IMG/VR virus record: IMGVR_UViG_3300005915_000076
Location: 1-29,229 of that record
From: a virus
Lineage: Duplodnaviria > Caudoviricetes
Direction: 5' to 3' (one strand)
Length of the DNA stretch: 29,229 bases
Below the pieces are notes generated by a model. That model was not told the DNA's origin and ran no database searches. It saw only the letters and a program-made list of their open reading frames with translations. The position numbers and the translations under genes were made by a program. Below, one piece after another: positions 26,005 through 29,229 of this stretch (within the stretch, counting starts at the first letter, position 1; each line of letters begins with the position of its first letter).

Positions 26005-27118
26005 AGCAACCCCCATCGGCATGGTCAGCAAGTACCTGGACACCAAAGAACCCTGGATCGAAGTCCAACAGGGAAACCTGGACAATAATGAGTGGCATAA
26101 CCCACCGGTGGATCCTGATTTTTTGGCGAAGCTGCTGCGGATGTCTGCCCTGCATGAATCGGCCATCGATTTCAAAGCCCGCCTGGTGACCATGGGGTAT
26201 TATCCCCACATCACAAACAAGCTCTATGTTGAACCATTGAAAGAGGGAGCAACCAAAGCCACTGTCCGCAAATACTACGAGACCCTGTATGAGTTTTACA
26301 AATTCTTTCCACTGAATGATTTCTATGCCTATCTGCACGATTCGTTCACTTTTGGAAACGCTTATCTGGAGAAGATCCAGAATAAACGAAAAACCAAAGT
26401 GGCTGGGCTCAGAAGAAGAAACGCACGTTTGATGAGGATCCTGACCAAGGATAAGGGGTTTGCTATTGTGATCGATGAGAATATCGCAAAAAAATACACC
26501 CTGGAGCAGATCATTCACAAGATCATGCCCTGCTCAGAATCCGATTATTACGGCCTGCCCAAGTACACCGGAGCGATCAACGACATCATTCTGGGCGATG
26601 CGGCCAGAACGCAGCGGATTCAATTTTATGATAACAACGGTTATATGGGGGGATTACTGGTTTCCAACCTGAAGGTGGATGATGTGGATGAGGACGGAGC
26701 CTCCAAGACCGAGGATAAGATTGTGGACGATATCAACACGGCCCAGACCCCCGGTAAGGGGCGGACGGTGCTGCTAAACCTGAGAGGGGATACTGATATT
26801 GATGATGTTGCCAAGGTGATGCAGTACATCGACACCACCGTCCAGTTGGCCAAGGATGATTTCAAGGTGACCACCGATACGGCCACCCGCTCACTTTACG
26901 AAGCACACCAGACCCCGGCAGAGTTGCTCGGAACCGTTTTGGAGAAGAAAGCCAGCCCGGACCTGAACAAGCTGCTGGCCAACTATTACAAGGTGGTGAT
27001 CAAGCCGATCGCGGACCTGGTGATTCAGGAAATCAACTCGGAAATTTCTCCGGAGAACTGGATCGATTTAAGACCGGATTTTCTGGAAAATGTTGAAAAT
27101 AAGGAGGATTCCGCTTGA
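25982..27118 (+). CDS. Portal protein (P2 gpQ/PBSX family)
   Basis: WHNPPV, HESAI..K, FGNAYLE, YYGLPKY, FYDNNG, AHQTPAELLG. Confidence 0.93.
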   Translation: MAAKKHREATPIGMVSKYLDTKEPWIEVQQGNLDNNEWHNPPVDPDFLAKLLRMSALHESAIDFKARLVTMGYYPHITNKLYVEPLKEGATKATVRKYYETLYEFYKFFPLNDFYAYLHDSFTFGNAYLEKIQNKRKTKVAGLRRRNARLMRILTKDKGFAIVIDENIAKKYTLEQIIHKIMPCSESDYYGLPKYTGAINDIILGDAARTQRIQFYDNNGYMGGLLVSNLKVDDVDEDGASKTEDKIVDDINTAQTPGKGRTVLLNLRGDTDIDDVAKVMQYIDTTVQLAKDDFKVTTDTATRSLYEAHQTPAELLGTVLEKKASPDLNKLLANYYKVVIKPIADLVIQEINSEISPENWIDLRPDFLENVENKEDSA

Positions 27119-27143
27119 TAGCATGATTTTTCCCCGATAATAT
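27115..27143 (+). promoter_or_regulatory. Sigma70-type promoter for the ogr-like gene
   Basis: TTGATA-17 bp-TAATAT; GGAGG RBS follows. Confidence 0.45.
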
Positions 27144-27165
27144 AAGGGGAAATCACGGAGGATTA

Positions 27166-27390
27166 ATGAACATCATTAAAGCCCGATGCCCCTGCGGCAG
27201 CAGGGCATCAATCATCCGCACCAGTCTCATTGACTCCAAAACAACGATCCTGACAGCGCGCTGTGACGATGAAAAGTGCCAGTGCGTCTTTCAGATCTCC
27301 CAAGCCTTCCATCAAGTAATCATCCCCCCAGTCCCCCAAAGCCCGAATCCCGCAGAACAGCAACTGACGATATTCGAGAGTTTTAGATAA
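27166..27390 (+). CDS. ogr: Ogr/Delta-like zinc-finger late transcription activator
   Basis: CPCGSRASIIRTS...C-DDEK-C-QCVF...IIPP; downstream of portal. Confidence 0.8.
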   Translation: MNIIKARCPCGSRASIIRTSLIDSKTTILTARCDDEKCQCVFQISQAFHQVIIPPVPQSPNPAEQQLTIFESFR

Positions 27391-27426
27391 ACCGGATAAG
27401 CGTTTGTTAACGTTCTGATTAAAAAT

Positions 27427-27687
27427 TTGAATAAAATGAATCATGCAGCCTATTTTCAGGATCCCAAAAATATCGAGAAAATTATTATGCAAGAGAATAA
27501 TTCTGGTGTACCAGACTCTGAACAGACCACAAGAAATATCGCAAGGATAATCTTTTGGATTTGTATAACTGGAGTTGTCATGTTCGTTGCCGGTCTTGGT
27601 ATTTTGTTTTGTTTGAAAATAATAGGTGATCAACAGTGGTTTTCTGCAGTTATTGAAGCTCACTTTGTGGCGACTGTTAGGCTATAA
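27427..27687 (+). CDS. Hypothetical membrane protein, probably truncated
   Basis: Hydrophobic segment IIFWICITGVVMFVAGLGILFCL; 3' end overlaps a convergent ORF. Confidence 0.45.
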   Translation: MNKMNHAAYFQDPKNIEKIIMQENNSGVPDSEQTTRNIARIIFWICITGVVMFVAGLGILFCLKIIGDQQWFSAVIEAHFVATVRL

Positions 27688-27818
27688 ATTTCTTGTTTGT
27701 TATCGGAGATCCCGATGCACTCCCGGATAAGGCTTTGTGTATCTTTGTCCTCCACAAGCAGATTTTTCTCAATTTGGCGTTTCTTCAGTTTTTCTTTTAG
27801 TTCCTTGTTATAAGTCAT
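27660..27818 (-). CDS. 52-aa ORF/fragment not in the ORF track
   Basis: MTYNKELKEKLKKRQIEKNLLVEDKDTQSLIRECIGISDNKQEIYSLTVATK; coding-like composition, weak RBS. Confidence 0.35.
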   Translation of the reverse strand: MTYNKELKEKLKKRQIEKNLLVEDKDTQSLIRECIGISDNKQEIYSLTVATK

Positions 27819-27891
27819 TTTTCACAACACACTGTAATGAATTAAAAAAACGAGTTTTGAGAAAGAACACATTTGTGTGTATCCATCATAT

Positions 27892-28272
27892 TTAATCTAA
27901 TTTATTAAGAGTTACAATCCATTCAACAGTACTTAATACTCGAACTCTAATGTAATATTCTCCGTCATCTATATCTTTTGACCTACTGTTTACTTCACCT
28001 GATTCTAACTCAGTTTTTCCAACAACAGTACTTTTATTATCTTCAGAATTTGTTAAACGAACAAGTAAGTATTTATCTTCAGGAACTGAATTTCTGTTTG
28101 TTGCGACTACGTTGCTTTCAAACCTAAATTGTGCTGTATTTAATTTGAATGTTTCGGAATCCTTAGTACCTTTACCTTTGAACATATAATAAGACATGCC
28201 GTCAGGATTTGATTCTTTACAGCCAGAGAAAGAACAAATAACAAAAATCAATATTAAAATCAGATATTTCAA
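27892..28272 (-). CDS. Lipoprotein (beta-rich), moron
   Basis: MKYLILILIFVICSFSG-C lipobox; TTG start after GGAG; AT-rich. Confidence 0.72.
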   Translation of the reverse strand: MKYLILILIFVICSFSGCKESNPDGMSYYMFKGKGTKDSETFKLNTAQFRFESNVVATNRNSVPEDKYLLVRLTNSEDNKSTVVGKTELESGEVNSRSKDIDDGEYYIRVRVLSTVEWIVTLNKLD

Positions 28273-28317
28273 TTGTTGATTTCTCCAATTTTTTTTGAGT
28301 CCGATATTACTTCCCTG

Positions 28318-28537
28318 TGCTAGAGTCCCTTCGGCAGCAGGGCATCAATCATCCGCACCAGTCTCATTGACTCCAAAACCACAATCCTGACCGCGTGCTG
28401 TGATAACGAAAATTGCCAGTGCGTCTTTCAGATCTCCCATGACTTCCACCATGTAATCATCCGCCCAGTCCCCGAATCCCGCAGAACAGCAGCTGACTAT
28501 CTTTGAGAATTGTAGACAAACTGGATAAGCGTTTGTT
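28318..28537 (+). pseudogene. Decayed second copy of the ogr-like gene plus 3' flank
   Basis: Aligns to ~27181-27409; no start codon, damaged CPC, 7-bp deletion near 28471. Confidence 0.88.
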
Positions 28538-28599
28538 ATTGCACCGATTGAAATCATTATATGGAAAATTTCAACTTCAAAAACTTTCCGAGGCCGATC

Positions 28600-28779
28600 A
28601 TGAAAATAAAAAACTCGATAAGGTGTCTCCTGTTTTCTTCAATTCTCATGCTTGCACTATCAGGTTGCAAGGAATTGGGATTAGAATCAGATGATGACGA
28701 GGCAACCGGAAGTGAAACTACCACTACAACAGATGAAGGTGATACCACCACACCAATAGCTGAAAGCAATCTGGATTGA
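28600..28779 (+). pseudogene. Lipoprotein fragment
   Basis: MKIKNSIRCLLFSSILMLALSG-C lipobox, acidic/Thr linker, then in-frame TGA; frame continues NDPVQATS. Confidence 0.55.
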
Positions 28780-28980
28780 AATGATCCGGTGCAAGCTACT
28801 TCAAGAGATATCGGGACACCTTGCGTATTCAAGAAGCCGCTTTTCCATCCATACCTTTTTTATAAATCATCAACGAAATTTTCCATTTCCGAAAAAAAGT
28901 ATAACGGATCAACCATAGTGAATCCCATATATAAAATCAAACATTATTTCAATCTATTGTTTAATGACTTGCTGATATTT

Positions 28981-29104
28981 TGTCGCGAATGTAGCAACTC
29001 GAAACGAACAAACATCCTATTTATAAGAACCTAGCTGTGTTTATTACACATCCGTAATTGTCGCGAATGTGTAATAATAATAAAAACTTTAAAAAATCTC
29101 TTGA
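28981..29104 (+). repeat. Right cluster of TGTCGCGAATGT motifs
   Basis: Copies at 28981 and 29059; inverted TTATTACACAT/ATGTGTAATAA (29041-29077); TTAAAAAATCTCTTGA at 29089 matches TTAAAAAATCACTTCA at 1931. Confidence 0.8.
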
Positions 29105-29109
29105 TTTAA

Positions 29110-29229
29110 GTAACTACTCAGGAGTGCGTCTTAGGAGGTGATTTTTTCGAGCGTGGCGTGACCCTTCAGTGCGTTGGTAATTGACGGCAGAATATCACGT
29201 CGGTTTTTTCGGCAGGTGGAAAGATAACT
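29110..29229 (-). mobile_element. End of an IS66-family insertion sequence
   Basis: Terminal GTAACTACTCAG at 29110, 21 bp beyond the transposase stop. Confidence 0.75.
29131..29229 (-). CDS. IS66-family transposase, C-terminal 32 aa (partial)
   Basis: SYLSTCRKNRRDILPSITNALKG matches the IS66 C-terminal SYLSTxRK motif. Confidence 0.75.
   Translation of the reverse strand, partial: SYLSTCRKNRRDILPSITNALKGHATLEKITS

Larger units (their letters stand above)
1..29109. mobile_element. HP1/K139-type P2-like prophage (left boundary outside the window; probably defective)
   Basis: P2-type divergent terminase-portal versus capsid operon, HP1-type tail gene order, Ogr-like activator, repressor and Rha genes. 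Confidence 0.93.

Noticed and set aside
27722-27738. Third CCGGATAAG-like repeat or REP element
   Set aside because: Short match inside the 27660..27818 frame, no palindromic partner; probably chance

Overview
The window is mostly an HP1/K139-type (P2-like, contractile-tail) prophage. Left end (1-1795): immunity/early region with an XRE-HTH repressor ending in a coiled coil, a divergent ribbon-helix-helix gene missing from the ORF track, Rha and a small Zn-finger ORF. No integrase follows the repressor. Instead there is a cluster of TGTCGCGAATGT motifs, two AT-rich morons (GIY-YIG-like nuclease, membrane protein) around a cos-like intergenic region, and a D12-class adenine methylase. 4907-24052 (- strand) is the late operon: S49 protease/scaffold, P2-family capsid, gpM/L/R/S, HP1-type sheath (frameshifted), tube, lysis genes, chaperone with a -1 frameshift, tape measure, baseplate, fibre, hub and spike. 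Terminase ATPase, portal and an Ogr-like activator are divergent (+). The right end holds a decayed second ogr copy, lipoprotein/membrane fragments, a second TGTCGCGAATGT cluster and the end of an IS66-family element. Most notable: (i) matching motif clusters bracket the ~27-kb virion module in direct orientation, leaving the repressor outside; (ii) the capsid protein carries a ~77-aa inserted beta domain; (iii) a lambda C/Nu3-like protease-scaffold replaces gpO; (iv) domains are inserted into the tail fibre. Family calls come from motif recognition and synteny, not database searches.
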